A stretch of 64,000 nt of DNA from an uncultured Acidimicrobiia bacterium. Its GTDB lineage: Bacteria > Actinomycetota > Acidimicrobiia > Acidimicrobiales > AC-14. The DNA is taken from the NCBI GenBank assembly GCA_963836205.1, contig CAWIIV010000013.1, forward strand, positions 1-64,000, in the 5' to 3' direction. This document shows positions 48,968 through 59,785 of the stretch, piece by piece (position 1 is the stretch's first letter; each line of letters begins with the position of its first letter). Both the position numbers and the translations under genes were made by a program. Below the pieces are notes generated by a model, which saw nothing but the letters and a program-made list of their open reading frames with translations, had not been told where the DNA came from and did not search any database.

Positions 48968-51478
48968 ATGACGGAACCTGTTTCCGTTTCGTCCCCGATC
49001 AGCGGGACCGACAAGACCATGTCCTTCCAGGCCGGCAAGCTGGCGCAGCTGGCCGACGGGGCGGTCCTCGCCCAGCTGGGCGACACCATGGTGCTCTGCA
49101 CCGCCACCGCATCCCGCAGCGTGCGTGAAGGGGTCGATTTCTTCCCCCTCACCGTCGACATCGAGGAGCGGATGTACGCCGCCGGCAAGATACCGGGCTC
49201 GTTCTTCCGCCGGGAGGGCCGGGCCACCGACCAGGCCATCCTCACCTGCCGCCTGCTCGACCGGCCGCTGCGGCCCTCGTTCCCCGAGGGCTTCCGCAAC
49301 GAGGTCCACATCGTGGGCACCATCCTGGGCGCCGACCAGGAGAACCCGCACGACGTGCTGGCCATCAACGGCGCCTCGGCGGCCCTGATGATCTCCGGCA
49401 TCCCTTTCGACGGCCCCATCGGGGCGGTCCGGGTGGCCTTCACCGCCTCCGGCGAGTGGATCCCGCACCCGACCTACCAGGACGGCGACGAGTCCACCTT
49501 CGAGCTGGTCGTGGCCGGCCGGGCCCTCGACGCCGATGCCGACGGTGAATCGGACATCGCCATCATGATGGTGGAGGCCGGTGGCACCGAGGACGCCTGG
49601 CGCATCTACGAGGACGGCGCCCCCAAGGTGACCGAGGAGGTCATCGCCCAGGGGCTGGAGGCGGCCAAGACCTGGATCAGGGAGTCGATCGACGCCCAGA
49701 ACGACCTGGTCGCCAAGTTCGGCCAGAAGCCGCCGGTGCCCTACGTGCCCCAGGTCGACTATGCCGACGACGTCTACCAGCGGGTGGTCGAGGTCGGCGC
49801 CGAGCGCATCGCCGAGGCCAGCGCCATCTCCAGCAAGGCCGAGCGCAACCTGGCCACCGACGCCGCCATCGCCGCCATCAAGGACGAGCTCAAGGCCGAG
49901 TTCGAGGGCCGCGACAAGGAGATCAAGGCCGCGGTCAAGGCCCTCCAGAAGCGGATCGTGCGCAGGCGCATCGTCGAGGAGGGCATGCGCATCGACGGCC
50001 GGGGCCCCACCGAGATCCGGCCCCTCTCGGCCGAGATCGGCCTCATCCCCACCGCCCACGGCTCCGGCCTCTTCCAGCGGGGCGAGACCCAGGTCCTCTC
50101 GGTGGCCACCCTGGGCATGCCCCGCATGGAGCAGATGCTCGACACGATCGGCATCGACGACTCCAAGCGCTACATGCACCACTACAACATGGCCCCCTTC
50201 GCCACCGGCGAGACCGGGTTCATGCGGGGCCCGAAGCGTCGGGAGATCGGCCACGGCCTGCTGGCCGAGCGGGCCCTCCTGCCCGTCGTCCCCCCGATCG
50301 ACGAGTTCCCGTACACGTTGCGGGTCGTCTCCGACTGCATGTCGTCCAACGGCTCCACGTCGATGGCGTCGGTCTGCGGCTCCACCCTGTCGCTGATGGA
50401 CGCGGGTGTGCCCATCAAGGCGCCGGTGGCCGGCATCGCCATGGGCCTGGTGTTCGCCGAGGGCAAATACACGACCCTCACCGACATCCTGGGCGCCGAG
50501 GACGCGTTCGGCGACATGGACTTCAAGGTCGCGGGCACGGCCGACTTCGTGACGGCCCTCCAGCTCGACACCAAGATCGCCGGCATCCCCGCCGACGTGC
50601 TCGGCAAGGCCCTCCAGCAGGCCTACGAGGCCCGGATGAAGGTCCTCGACGTCATGCTGGCCACGATCGCCGAGCCCCGGCCCGAGGTCAACGACACCGC
50701 CCCCAAGATCATCAGCTTCGAGATCCCGATGGACAAGATCGGTGAGGTCATCGGTCCCAAGGGCAAGGTCATCAACGCCATGCAGCAGGAGACCGGCGCC
50801 GACATCAACGTCGACGACGACGGCCAGGTGGGCACGGTCACCATCGGGGCCAAGGACGGGGCTGCGGTCAACGAGGCCCGTCGCCGCATCGAGCTGATCC
50901 TCGACCCGCCCCGGGCCAACGTGGGCGACGTCTACACCGGCAAGGTGGTCAACATCACCAAGTTCGGCGCCTTCGTCAACATCCTCCCCGGCCGCGACGG
51001 CCTGGTCCACATCTCCAAGCTGGGCCGGGGCAAGCGGGTCGAGCGGGTGGAGGACGTGGTCTCCCTCGGCGACGACATCATCGTGCGGGTCGACGACGTC
51101 GACCCCCAGGGCAAGGTCGCCCTCTCCCCGGTGGGCGAGGACGGCGAGGTGGCCCCCTCCAACGGCGACGACCGTCCGGCGCGCGCCGAGCGGTCCGACC
51201 GGGGTGACCGGGGTGACCGGGGTGATCGCGACCGGGGTGACCGGGGCGACCGTCCCGAGCGGGCGCCTCGTGAGGAGCGGCCGGCGGCCGACTCGTCGGG
51301 CCGGGAGTTCGTCTCCTTCGAGGAGGCGTTCGATTCCGAGGCCAAGTCGAAGTTCGGCGACCTGGGCCCGGCCGAGGTGGTCACCGGTGGCGGCGGTGGC
51401 GACGGCGGCGGTCCCCGACGCAACCGCGACCGCGACCGTCGACCCGGCCGCAGTGGTGGTGGCGGCGGTCGGCGGTAG
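48968..51478 (+). CDS. pnp: Polyribonucleotide nucleotidyltransferase
   Basis: FFPLTVD, RREIGHG, SNGSTSMASVCG, GDMDFKVAG, KH and S1 domains, RGD-rich tail. Confidence 0.97.
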   Translation: MTEPVSVSSPISGTDKTMSFQAGKLAQLADGAVLAQLGDTMVLCTATASRSVREGVDFFPLTVDIEERMYAAGKIPGSFFRREGRATDQAILTCRLLDRPLRPSFPEGFRNEVHIVGTILGADQENPHDVLAINGASAALMISGIPFDGPIGAVRVAFTASGEWIPHPTYQDGDESTFELVVAGRALDADADGESDIAIMMVEAGGTEDAWRIYEDGAPKVTEEVIAQGLEAAKTWIRESIDAQNDLVAKFGQKPPVPYVPQVDYADDVYQRVVEVGAERIAEASAISSKAERNLATDAAIAAIKDELKAEFEGRDKEIKAAVKALQKRIVRRRIVEEGMRIDGRGPTEIRPLSAEIGLIPTAHGSGLFQRGETQVLSVATLGMPRMEQMLDTIGIDDSKRYMHHYNMAPFATGETGFMRGPKRREIGHGLLAERALLPVVPPIDEFPYTLRVVSDCMSSNGSTSMASVCGSTLSLMDAGVPIKAPVAGIAMGLVFAEGKYTTLTDILGAEDAFGDMDFKVAGTADFVTALQLDTKIAGIPADVLGKALQQAYEARMKVLDVMLATIAEPRPEVNDTAPKIISFEIPMDKIGEVIGPKGKVINAMQQETGADINVDDDGQVGTVTIGAKDGAAVNEARRRIELILDPPRANVGDVYTGKVVNITKFGAFVNILPGRDGLVHISKLGRGKRVERVEDVVSLGDDIIVRVDDVDPQGKVALSPVGEDGEVAPSNGDDRPARAERSDRGDRGDRGDRDRGDRGDRPERAPREERPAADSSGREFVSFEEAFDSEAKSKFGDLGPAEVVTGGGGGDGGGPRRNRDRDRRPGRSGGGGGRR
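51197..51251 (+). repeat. 9-bp tandem repeat encoding (DRG)n in the PNPase tail
   Basis: GACCGGGGT units. Confidence 0.75.
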
Positions 51479-51482
51479 TCGC

Positions 51483-52730
51483 TTGCTCCGCACCTCCCGC
51501 CTCGACAGCGGCCTGCAGGTCGTCACCGAGGCCATGCCCGACTCGCACTCCGTCACGCTGGGGTTCTGGGTCGACGCCGGGTCCCGTGACGAGACCCCGG
51601 TCGAGGCGGGAGCGTCGCATTTCCTCGAGCACCTGCTGTTCAAGGGCACCGACACCCGCAGCGCCAAGGACATCGCCGAGTCGATAGAGGCGGTGGGGGG
51701 CGACATGAACGCCTTCACCACCAAGGAGTACACCGCGTACTACACGCGGCTGCTCGACGAAGACGTCGAGCTCGGCCTCGACATCCTGTGCGACATCATG
51801 GACTCGCCCGCCTTCCGGGGCGACGAGGTCGACGCCGAGCGCCAGGTGATCCTCGAAGAGATCAACATGAACGACGACGAGCCGTCCGACCTGGTGCACG
51901 AGGTGTTCCACCAGGCGGTCTTCCCCGACCACCCCCTGGGCCGGGAGGTGTTGGGGGAGCGGTCGACGATCACGGCCATGACGCCGGAGCAGATCAGGTC
52001 GTACTTCAACACCCGCTACCGGCCGCCGAAGATGGTGCTGGCCGCGGCCGGCAACGTCGACCACGACCTGGTGGTGGCAGGGGTCGACCGCCGCTTCGGG
52101 GGCCGTCCGGGCGATGCCCCGGCCCGGGTCGTCCCCGGCCTGGCCCCGGCCCGGCGGTTGGGCGTCGTCCGCCGGAAGACGGAGCAGGCCCACATCATCG
52201 TAGGGATGCGCTCGCTCACCCGGGGCGACGACGACCGCTACGCGCTGGCGGTGCTGAACCAGATCGTCGGCGGGGGCATGTCGAGCCGGCTGTTCCAGGA
52301 GATCCGGGAGAAGCGGGGGCTGGTGTACTCCGTGTACTCGTATCCGGCCGCCTACATGGAGACGGGCGCCTTCGCCATCTACGCCGGCACCGCCCCCGGG
52401 CGGGCGCGCCAGGTGCTCGACCTCATCGACCTCGAGCTCGACAAGCTGGTGGCCGACGGGATCACCGACCGGGAGCTGGCCGTGGCCAAGGGCCATCTCA
52501 AGGGGTCGCTGGCGTTGTCGCTCGAGGACTCGGCCGGGCGCATGAACCGCATCGGGCGCAGCCAGCTGTTGCACGGCGAGGTCGTCCCCTTCGCCGAGTT
52601 GGTGGCCCGCACCGAGGCCGTCGGCCACGACGACGTCCGCCGGGTGATCGACCGGGTCCTCGGCAACGAGCGCACCCTCGCCGTCGTCGGCCCCTTCTCC
52701 GAGGACGACTTCGCCGAACGGGTGGCCTAG
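51483..52730 (+). CDS. M16 (pitrilysin-family) peptidase
   Basis: Inverted zinc motif HFLEH, MNAFT, GGGMSSRLFQEIREKRGL.YS; start uncertain. Confidence 0.92.
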   Translation: MLRTSRLDSGLQVVTEAMPDSHSVTLGFWVDAGSRDETPVEAGASHFLEHLLFKGTDTRSAKDIAESIEAVGGDMNAFTTKEYTAYYTRLLDEDVELGLDILCDIMDSPAFRGDEVDAERQVILEEINMNDDEPSDLVHEVFHQAVFPDHPLGREVLGERSTITAMTPEQIRSYFNTRYRPPKMVLAAAGNVDHDLVVAGVDRRFGGRPGDAPARVVPGLAPARRLGVVRRKTEQAHIIVGMRSLTRGDDDRYALAVLNQIVGGGMSSRLFQEIREKRGLVYSVYSYPAAYMETGAFAIYAGTAPGRARQVLDLIDLELDKLVADGITDRELAVAKGHLKGSLALSLEDSAGRMNRIGRSQLLHGEVVPFAELVARTEAVGHDDVRRVIDRVLGNERTLAVVGPFSEDDFAERVA

Positions 52731-52734
52731 AGCG

Positions 52735-52782
52735 AACCGGTGACGTTTTTCGGGGCCAGGACCCCGGGATCTGTCACCAGTT
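52735..52782. repeat. 48-bp palindromic repeat, family B copy 1 (intergenic)
   Basis: AACCGGTGACGTTTTT...GTCACCAGTT; 37/48 identical to 62874-62921 by manual alignment. Confidence 0.7.
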
Positions 52783-52803
52783 GGCGGAAGTAGGGTCACC
52801 GGC

Positions 52804-53595
52804 GTGACGATCAAGGTCGGAGTCTTCGGCGCCGGGGGGCGGATGGGGTCCACCGTGTGCCGCGCCGTGGTCGGGGATCCGGGGCTGGAGCTGGTGGCCG
52901 GGGTCGACCCGCTCCACGCAGGTATAGACCTGCGCAAGGTCACCGGCGCACCTGTCGGCGGGCTGCAGATGTCGCCCGACGCCGACGCCATCCTGCAGGC
53001 AGGCGCCACCGTCGCCGTCGACTTCACCCACGTCGACGCGGCCCGGGAGAACCTCGCCTGGTGCGCGGAGAACGGAATCCACGCGGTGGTCGGCACCACC
53101 GGGTGGCTGCCCGACGACCTCGACCGGCTGGCGGCCATGTTCACCAGGAGCAACTGCTTCGTCGCCCCCAACTTCGCCATCGGCGCGGTCCTGATGATGC
53201 GCTTCGCCGAGATCGCGGCGCCGTGGTTCGAGACGGCCGAGATCATCGAGCTCCACCACGACCAGAAGGTCGACGCCCCGTCGGGGACGGCCATCCTCAC
53301 CGCCGAGCGCATGGCCGCCCGGTCGTCGGACTGGGCCGCCGACCCCACCGAGCGCACCGTGGTCGAGGGTGCCCGGGGCGGCGCCGGGCCGGCGGGCATC
53401 CGGGTCCACTCGGTGCGCCTGCGGGGGCTGGTGGCCCACCAGGAGGTCCTCCTGGGCACCACCGGCCAGAGCCTGTCGATCCGCCACGACTCCTACGACC
53501 GCGACTCCTTCATGCCCGGCGTGCTCCTGGCGGTCAAGGCGGTGGCCGACCACCCGGGCCTGACGGTCGGCCTCGACACCCTGCTCGATCTGTAG
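52804..53595 (+). CDS. dapB: 4-hydroxy-tetrahydrodipicolinate reductase
   Basis: GAGGRMG, DFT, GTTG, APNFAIG, ELHHDQKVDAPSGTA. Confidence 0.96.
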   Translation: MTIKVGVFGAGGRMGSTVCRAVVGDPGLELVAGVDPLHAGIDLRKVTGAPVGGLQMSPDADAILQAGATVAVDFTHVDAARENLAWCAENGIHAVVGTTGWLPDDLDRLAAMFTRSNCFVAPNFAIGAVLMMRFAEIAAPWFETAEIIELHHDQKVDAPSGTAILTAERMAARSSDWAADPTERTVVEGARGGAGPAGIRVHSVRLRGLVAHQEVLLGTTGQSLSIRHDSYDRDSFMPGVLLAVKAVADHPGLTVGLDTLLDL

Positions 53596-53621
53596 GCGGG
53601 GAGTCGCGGTCGCGCGGAGAC

Positions 53622-54422
53622 CTAAACGGCCAGGTGGTGGAGGGCGATGGCGGCGGCTGTCGCCACGTTCACGGAGTCGACCCCGGACGCCATCGTGATT
53701 CGGACCTGGCGGTCGGCGGCCCTCAACGCCGCCGCCGACAGGCCGGGGCCTTCGGCGCCGACCAGAAGGGCTCTCCGGACGCCCGTCGCCGGCGGCGGCA
53801 AGGTGCGGAGGTCGTCGGCGTCGTCGGACGGGGTGAGGGCCAGGACCTCGATGCCTCGGGCCTGGAGCCGAGCGATGGCGACCGACGGCCAGTCCTCCAT
53901 CCGGGCGAACGGGATGCGGAGGACGTGGCCTGACGAGACCCGGACCGAGCGGCGGTAGAGGGGGTCGGCGGTGGTGGGGTCGAGGAGGACGGCGTCGACG
54001 CCGAAGGCGGCCGCGTTGCGGAACAGGGCGCCCAGGTTCTCGTGGTCGTTCACGCCCTCGACCAGCAGGAGCCGAGTCGCCCCCGCCACCACCTCAGACG
54101 GGTCGAGCAGCGGGGCCCGGTCGGCGACGGCCAGCGCCCCCCGGTGGAAGTGGAAGCCGGCGATGGCCTCCATCACCTCCTGGGTGGCCACGTAGACGGG
54201 CGCGTCGACCCCGGCCATCAGCGGCTCCAGCGTCCGGAGGCCCCGCTCGGTGACGAGGAACGACCGCACCCGGTACCGCGACCGGACGAGCTGCTCGATG
54301 ACCAGCACCCCTTCGGCGACGAAGATCCCGCCCTCGATCCGCCGGCGGGCTTCGGCGTCGGACAACCCCACGTAGTCCGCCACCAGTGGATCGGCCGGGT
54401 CGACGATCGGTGTATGGGCCAT
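53622..54422 (-). CDS. TrmH/SpoU-family RNA methyltransferase
   Basis: DHENLGALFRNAAAFG, GAEGPGL, ITMASGVDSVNVATA. Confidence 0.92.
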   Translation of the reverse strand: MAHTPIVDPADPLVADYVGLSDAEARRRIEGGIFVAEGVLVIEQLVRSRYRVRSFLVTERGLRTLEPLMAGVDAPVYVATQEVMEAIAGFHFHRGALAVADRAPLLDPSEVVAGATRLLLVEGVNDHENLGALFRNAAAFGVDAVLLDPTTADPLYRRSVRVSSGHVLRIPFARMEDWPSVAIARLQARGIEVLALTPSDDADDLRTLPPPATGVRRALLVGAEGPGLSAAALRAADRQVRITMASGVDSVNVATAAAIALHHLAV

Positions 54423-54537
54423 TTGGACCAGTTTCACAACCCTCGGCCAACTCTCTCTACAGGCATCTTGGCGATGAGCCGATTACTTACGCATACCAAG
54501 GTTCAGTAAAGAAACTGTTAATCGAGAGCGAGGCGAC

Positions 54538-55194
54538 ATGTTCCCTAGGACGAGACAAGGAATGGGTCTCATGGGTTGGGCGGCGACAGCCATCGTGACC
54601 CTGGCCGTGGCCGCCAGCGGCAGTGTGGTGGTACCCGGGTTGATCAACGCCGAGGAGCCGCCCCCGGGCGTCACCAGCGCTTCGGTCGAGGTCGTCACCC
54701 CCGTCGAGGCCCCGGCCGAGGTGGTCGCCGCCGCCGCCGCCGCTGCCGCTCCCGAGGTTGTCGCCGAAGTCGCCCCCGTGGTCGAGGTCGAGGTCACCAC
54801 GCCCCCCACGACCCCCAAGCCCAAGGCCACCGCTGCCGTCACCACCGTGCCCGCCCCGGTCGTCACCGCCCCGCCGGTCACCGCCCCGCCCGTCACCGTG
54901 CCCGCCCTCGCCCCCCGCACCGTGCCCAGCGCGGCCCAGGTGCAGTCGGCCATCGCCGGGATCAGCAGCATGGTCCAGCTGCCCTTCTTCTTCCAGATCA
55001 CGCCCGCCCACGTGGCTCAGGTCGGCAACCAGGTGTGCACCGCTTTCGACCAGGGCCAGACGTTCACCCAGGTCAAGGCCACCGGGCTCTCGATGGTCTC
55101 GGCCTACGTGCCGGTGTCGGCCGCCGCCGCCGACTACGCCGTGCGCACCGCGGTCTCCATGTACTGCCCGGCCTACGCATCCAAGCTCGTCTGA
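54538..55194 (+). CDS. Secreted Pro/Val/Thr-rich protein with DUF732-like C-terminal domain
   Basis: Signal/TM segment, low-complexity linker, G.QVCTAFDQG...AVSMYCP. Confidence 0.6.
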   Translation: MFPRTRQGMGLMGWAATAIVTLAVAASGSVVVPGLINAEEPPPGVTSASVEVVTPVEAPAEVVAAAAAAAAPEVVAEVAPVVEVEVTTPPTTPKPKATAAVTTVPAPVVTAPPVTAPPVTVPALAPRTVPSAAQVQSAIAGISSMVQLPFFFQITPAHVAQVGNQVCTAFDQGQTFTQVKATGLSMVSAYVPVSAAAADYAVRTAVSMYCPAYASKLV

Positions 55195-55220
55195 GAATCT
55201 GAGAATCGGAGCCGATCGCC

Positions 55221-56009
55221 ATGACAATGCTTCTCACCGCCGGGCCCCTCACCGCCGCCGCTCCCCAGGAGGACTTCCTGGGCAGCCGCACCGCCGCTCA
55301 CGTGGTTGACGCCACCAAGGTCTACGGGCGCAACGGGAACTCGGTGCGAGCCCTCGACGGGGTCGACCTGGAGATCGGTCGGGGCGAGTTCACCGCGATC
55401 ATGGGCCCGTCGGGCTCGGGGAAGTCCACCCTGCTCCACTGCCTGGCCGGCCTCGACTCCCTCACCTTCGGACGGGTCTACATCGGCGACACCGAGCTCG
55501 GCTCCCTCGACGACAAGCGCCTCACCCGCCTGCGGCGCGACCGCATCGGCTTCGTCTTCCAGGCCTTCAACCTCCTGCCCACGCTCACGGCGGCCGAGAA
55601 CATCACCCTGCCCCTCGCCCTCGCCGGCAAGAAGGCGGACAAGGAGTGGTTCGACCGCATCGTCGACGTCATCGGCCTCCGTGACCGCCTCCACCACAGG
55701 CCCAACGAGCTCTCGGGCGGCCAGCAGCAGCGGGTGGCGGCGGCCCGGGCCCTCGTGACCCGGCCCGAGATCATCTTCGCCGACGAGCCCACGGGCAACC
55801 TCGACTCGCAGACCGGCGCCGACCTGCTCGCCTTCCTCCGCCTGGCGGTGGACGAGTTCGGCCAGACCATCGTCATGGTCACCCACGACCCGGCCGCGGC
55901 CGCGGTGGCCGACCGCATCGTGTTCCTGAAGGACGGACGGGTGGTCGACGAGATGCTCGAGCCCACCGCCGACCGGGCCATCGACCACATGAAGCGCCTC
56001 GGCGCCTAG
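55221..56009 (+). CDS. ABC exporter ATPase (LolD/MacB-like)
   Basis: GPSGSGKST, FQAFNL, LSGGQQQR, ADEPTGNLD. Confidence 0.93.
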   Translation: MTMLLTAGPLTAAAPQEDFLGSRTAAHVVDATKVYGRNGNSVRALDGVDLEIGRGEFTAIMGPSGSGKSTLLHCLAGLDSLTFGRVYIGDTELGSLDDKRLTRLRRDRIGFVFQAFNLLPTLTAAENITLPLALAGKKADKEWFDRIVDVIGLRDRLHHRPNELSGGQQQRVAAARALVTRPEIIFADEPTGNLDSQTGADLLAFLRLAVDEFGQTIVMVTHDPAAAAVADRIVFLKDGRVVDEMLEPTADRAIDHMKRLGA

Positions 56010-56082
56010 CGACCGTGGACCGCCCGCCCAAAACCGGACGGCGGCCCGCACCGATTGCACACTCGACCGGGGGGAACGGGAC

Positions 56083-58605
56083 ATGTGGCGAGTACTGAAA
56101 GGACTGCTGGCCCACCGCAGCCGCCTCCTACGGACGGCAGCGGCGGTGGCCCTGGCGGTGAGCCTGGTGTCGGGGACCTTCGTCCTCACCGACACCATCG
56201 ACGCCGCCTTCGACCGGGCGTCGACCTCGTCGGCCCAGATCGACGTGGTGGTGCGGGCCAGCGCCCAGTTCACGGCCCAGGCCACCACCCTCCCGGAGCG
56301 GGAGACGCTGCCGGAGTCGCTCCTCGACGTGATCGCCGCCATCCCCGGGGTCCAGAAGGTGTGGGGCCAGGTCATGGGCTTCGCCGGGCTGGTCGACAAG
56401 GACGGCAAGGCCATCAACCCCTCGGGCCTGCCCACCGTCGGCACCTCGTTCTCGCCTGACGACACCCTCGTCGCGGGCCGGGCCCCGGCGGGACCGGGGG
56501 AGGTCGTCATCGACGACGTCACCGCGGCCAAGGACGGCTTCCACCTCGGGGACCAGATCAAGATCCTGTTCCAGGGGCTGGTGCGGGAGTTCACCATCGC
56601 CGGCGTGCGCAAGGTGGAGGACCTGCTCGCGTCGACCACGGCCAGCTTCGACCTGGAGACGGCCCAGCAGCTCCTGGGCGAGGCGGGGACGCTCGACGCC
56701 ATCCCGGTCAAGGCCGAGCCCGGCGTCTCGCCCGAGATCATGCGGGCCCGCATCGGCGCCGCCCTCCCCGACACCTACGAGGTCGTCACCTACGACCAGG
56801 CCGCCCGCGAGGCCCAGGAGTCGTGGACCAAGGCCCTAGGCTTCCTCACGACGGCCCTGCTCATGTTCGCCGCGGTGGCGCTCCTGGTCGGCGCCTTCAT
56901 CATCTTCAACACCTTCTCGATCCTCGTCGCCCAGCGCACCCGGGAGCTGGGCCTGCTGCGGGCGGTCGGGGCCAGCCGCCGCCACATTCTCGGCTCGGTG
57001 CTGACCGAGGCCCTCGCCGTTGGCGTCGTCGCCTCCGCGGTCGGGATCGTCCTCGGCCTGGGTGCGGCCCACGGCCTCCTCGCGCTGATGCGCATGATCG
57101 GCTTCGAGCTGCCGTCGGCGCCGGTGGTGTTCCGGGGCCGCACCGCCGCCCTCGGACTGATGGCCGGCGTTGTCGTCACCGTGGCCGCCGCCGTCATCCC
57201 AGCCCGCCGGGCCACCAGGGTCTCGCCCATGGCGGCCATCGTGGGTCGCAGCAGCGACGAGGCGGGCTCGGTCGGGCGGCGGGTGGGCGCCGGGCTGAGC
57301 GTCACCCTCGTCGGCCTGGGTGCGCTGTTCATCGGCCTGTTCGGGGAGGTCCAGACGCCCTTGCTGGCTATCGGCCTGGGGTCGGCCGGCATCCTGGTCG
57401 GAATCGCCATGCTCACGCCCCTCGTGGCCGGGCCCGCGGCTCGCCTGATCGGGCTCCCCCTCGTCCGCATCTTGGGTGAGCCGGCCCGCCTGGGCCGGGA
57501 GAACGCAATACGCAACCCCCGGCGCACATCGGCCACCGCCGCCGCCCTCATGATCGGGATCACCCTGGTGGGCGTGGTCGCCATCCTGGCTGCGTCGATC
57601 AAGAGCTCGGCCAGCCAGACCATCCAGGACACCCTCCGGGCCGACTTCGTGGTCACCCCCCGCACGGCGGCCGGTGCCCAGGGCGGCGTGCCTACCGCGG
57701 TGGGCGACACCCTGCGCAAGAACAAGGCGGTGGCCACCGTGTCGGAGATCCGGGGCGGGCAGTGGGGGCTGGAGGGCCGGACACGGACGCTGGTGGCGGT
57801 CGACCCCGAGACGATCACCGACGCCTACCAGCTCGACCCCGAGGCCAACACCGCCCTGCGCCGGCTCGACGACGACAGCGTGCTGGTGCGGGAGAGCGTG
57901 GCCGAGCGCCACGGCTGGACGGTGGGCGACGAGGTGCCGATGACCTTCGCCCGTTCCGGCACCCAGCCCATGCGCCTGGCCGACACGTTCACCTCGACCG
58001 CGGTGCGCAGCGACTACGTGATCTCGCTGGACGCGTTCAAGGACAACTTCAAGCAGCAGCTCAGCCTCGAGGTCGACGTCCGGCTGGCGCCTGGGATCTC
58101 GGCCGAGGCCGGCCGCCACGCGGTGGAGGAGGCACTGGTCGACTTCCCCAACGTCGAGGTGCGCGACCGCGACCAGGTGCTGGCCGCGCAGGCGGCCCAG
58201 GTCGACAAGCTGCTGGTGCCGGTGACGGCCCTGCTGGCCCTGTCGGTGGTGATCGCCCTGCTCGGGATCGTCAACACCCTGGCCCTGTCGATCCACGAGC
58301 GGACGAGGGAGCTGGGCCTGCTGCGGGCCGTCGGCATGGCCCGCAGCCAGCTGCGGTCGATGGTGCGGTCGGAGGCGGTGATCATCGCCGGCCTCGGTTC
58401 CGTGCTCGGGGTGGTGGTGGCCGTGTTCTTCGGCTGGGCCCTGGTCGGGGCGATGCACGACCTGGGCGTGTCGCGGCTGGTGATCCCCGTCGGCCAGCTG
58501 CTGGGCCTGGTGGCCGCCGCCACCGGCGCCGGCCTGGCCGCCGGCGTCCTCCCCGCTCGCCGGGCCGCCCGCCTGCCGATCCTCGAGGCGATCAGCGGGA
58601 AATAG
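56083..58605 (+). CDS. ABC exporter permease (duplicated FtsX/MacB-type)
   Basis: QRTRELGLLRAVGA and ERTRELGLLRAVGM, RNPRRTSATA. Confidence 0.92.
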   Translation: MWRVLKGLLAHRSRLLRTAAAVALAVSLVSGTFVLTDTIDAAFDRASTSSAQIDVVVRASAQFTAQATTLPERETLPESLLDVIAAIPGVQKVWGQVMGFAGLVDKDGKAINPSGLPTVGTSFSPDDTLVAGRAPAGPGEVVIDDVTAAKDGFHLGDQIKILFQGLVREFTIAGVRKVEDLLASTTASFDLETAQQLLGEAGTLDAIPVKAEPGVSPEIMRARIGAALPDTYEVVTYDQAAREAQESWTKALGFLTTALLMFAAVALLVGAFIIFNTFSILVAQRTRELGLLRAVGASRRHILGSVLTEALAVGVVASAVGIVLGLGAAHGLLALMRMIGFELPSAPVVFRGRTAALGLMAGVVVTVAAAVIPARRATRVSPMAAIVGRSSDEAGSVGRRVGAGLSVTLVGLGALFIGLFGEVQTPLLAIGLGSAGILVGIAMLTPLVAGPAARLIGLPLVRILGEPARLGRENAIRNPRRTSATAAALMIGITLVGVVAILAASIKSSASQTIQDTLRADFVVTPRTAAGAQGGVPTAVGDTLRKNKAVATVSEIRGGQWGLEGRTRTLVAVDPETITDAYQLDPEANTALRRLDDDSVLVRESVAERHGWTVGDEVPMTFARSGTQPMRLADTFTSTAVRSDYVISLDAFKDNFKQQLSLEVDVRLAPGISAEAGRHAVEEALVDFPNVEVRDRDQVLAAQAAQVDKLLVPVTALLALSVVIALLGIVNTLALSIHERTRELGLLRAVGMARSQLRSMVRSEAVIIAGLGSVLGVVVAVFFGWALVGAMHDLGVSRLVIPVGQLLGLVAAATGAGLAAGVLPARRAARLPILEAISGK

Positions 58606-58967
58606 AGGTCGCCTTCTGGTCCGCCGCGGTGGCCTCGTCGAGGGCTGGAGAGCCGCGGTCCCACCGCCCGCCAGTCCCGGGTCAGGCGCCGCCGCCGCCG
58701 GATGAGGATCGTGGTGGCGACCACTACGCCGTCGAGTGGTCCCGCCTCGTCGAGCTCAACATGGAAGGCTCGGTCGGTTAGGTAGGGCGCGAGACGAAGG
58801 TTCCCACCGCGGCATAGGAGCGGAACCGTCCCCGCCCGTCACCAGGCGTGGGCCCGCAGGTCCGGAGCCTGGCGTGGCCGGGTCCGTCGCCGCGAGGAAG
58901 AGCGAGCGAGGGCCGGGGCCGGCCGCCGCTGCGCGAAGCCCTACTCGCCTTGAGGAGGGAGCGGGAG

Positions 58968-59408
58968 TCGCCAACGCGGGTTGTCGCCATCGCCGACAAT
59001 GACACGGCAGCGCACGATGCTCTGGCGGACATAAGGAACGACCGTCTGCCGGGCAACTATCGAATTCGGCACTATCCGGCCATTCCTCTGCTCGATTCCT
59101 ACCCGTCCCTGGGTCCTCAGGATGGCATCGTGCTGGCAGATCTCAACGGGTGCGCCGGCTCACTTGAGATGTATCTGGGGCGCGGCCTGCTCACTGTGGA
59201 CGGTGAATTGACACCCGTGCAGTGGACCGGCTACGTCAAGAAACTGAACCGCTACCAAGCTTCCCTCCCCGATCACGAGAAGAGGCGCGTGCAAAAGGCC
59301 TTCCTCGATGTCGCCAAGAAGGCTTTGCACGATCCCGCTGTCCGAGCGGCGCACGACTGGAGTGGCGTACACGCCATCATCGAGACCGTGGTCGAAGCAT
59401 TTGCGTAG
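58968..59408 (+). pseudogene. C-terminal TOPRIM fragment resembling HEPN/Toprim-associated proteins
   Basis: RVVAIADNDTAAHDA, YPSLGP, LNGCAGSLEMYLG, PVQWTGY; N-terminus missing; visibly lower GC. Confidence 0.55.
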
Positions 59409-59785
59409 CGTCCGTCGGGCGCCGTGAACCACACCACGTGGCGAATGTCGCCGGCGCCGCGGTGGGCCCACCGTGGACCACGGTCCACAGCTCGTGGTTC
59501 GCCTGCCAGCCCGCCATCGTCAGATTCCCGGAGCCGACGGCGACCGTGACCCGCTCGGCGCCGGCGATCACGACCAGCTTGGGATGGAAGGCACCCGAGC
59601 ACGAGGCCAGCCCGGCGACGTAGCTGCGACCGCCCCGCCGCACCGCCCACCGGTCGTGGGTGACCATGGCAGCGTGGCCCACCACGGTGGCCCGGGCCCC
59701 GAGGGACTGGGCCAGGCCGAGCTCGGCCCGCTCGAAGAACCCGAGGTCGAGGGTGTAGCTGAGGAGCAGCAGCTCCGGGGCCGTC
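59377..59785 (-). pseudogene. Truncated PLD-superfamily nuclease-like fragment
   Basis: LLSYTLDLGFFE, FHPKL, VGSGNLT..GW..NHE. Confidence 0.6.

Noticed and set aside
48743-51733. 996-aa minus-strand ORF and similar long antisense ORFs (11564-14014, 19148-21847, 51381-53462)
   Set aside because: Shadow ORFs opposite pnp, lepA and other genes, expected in high-GC DNA; no protein motifs
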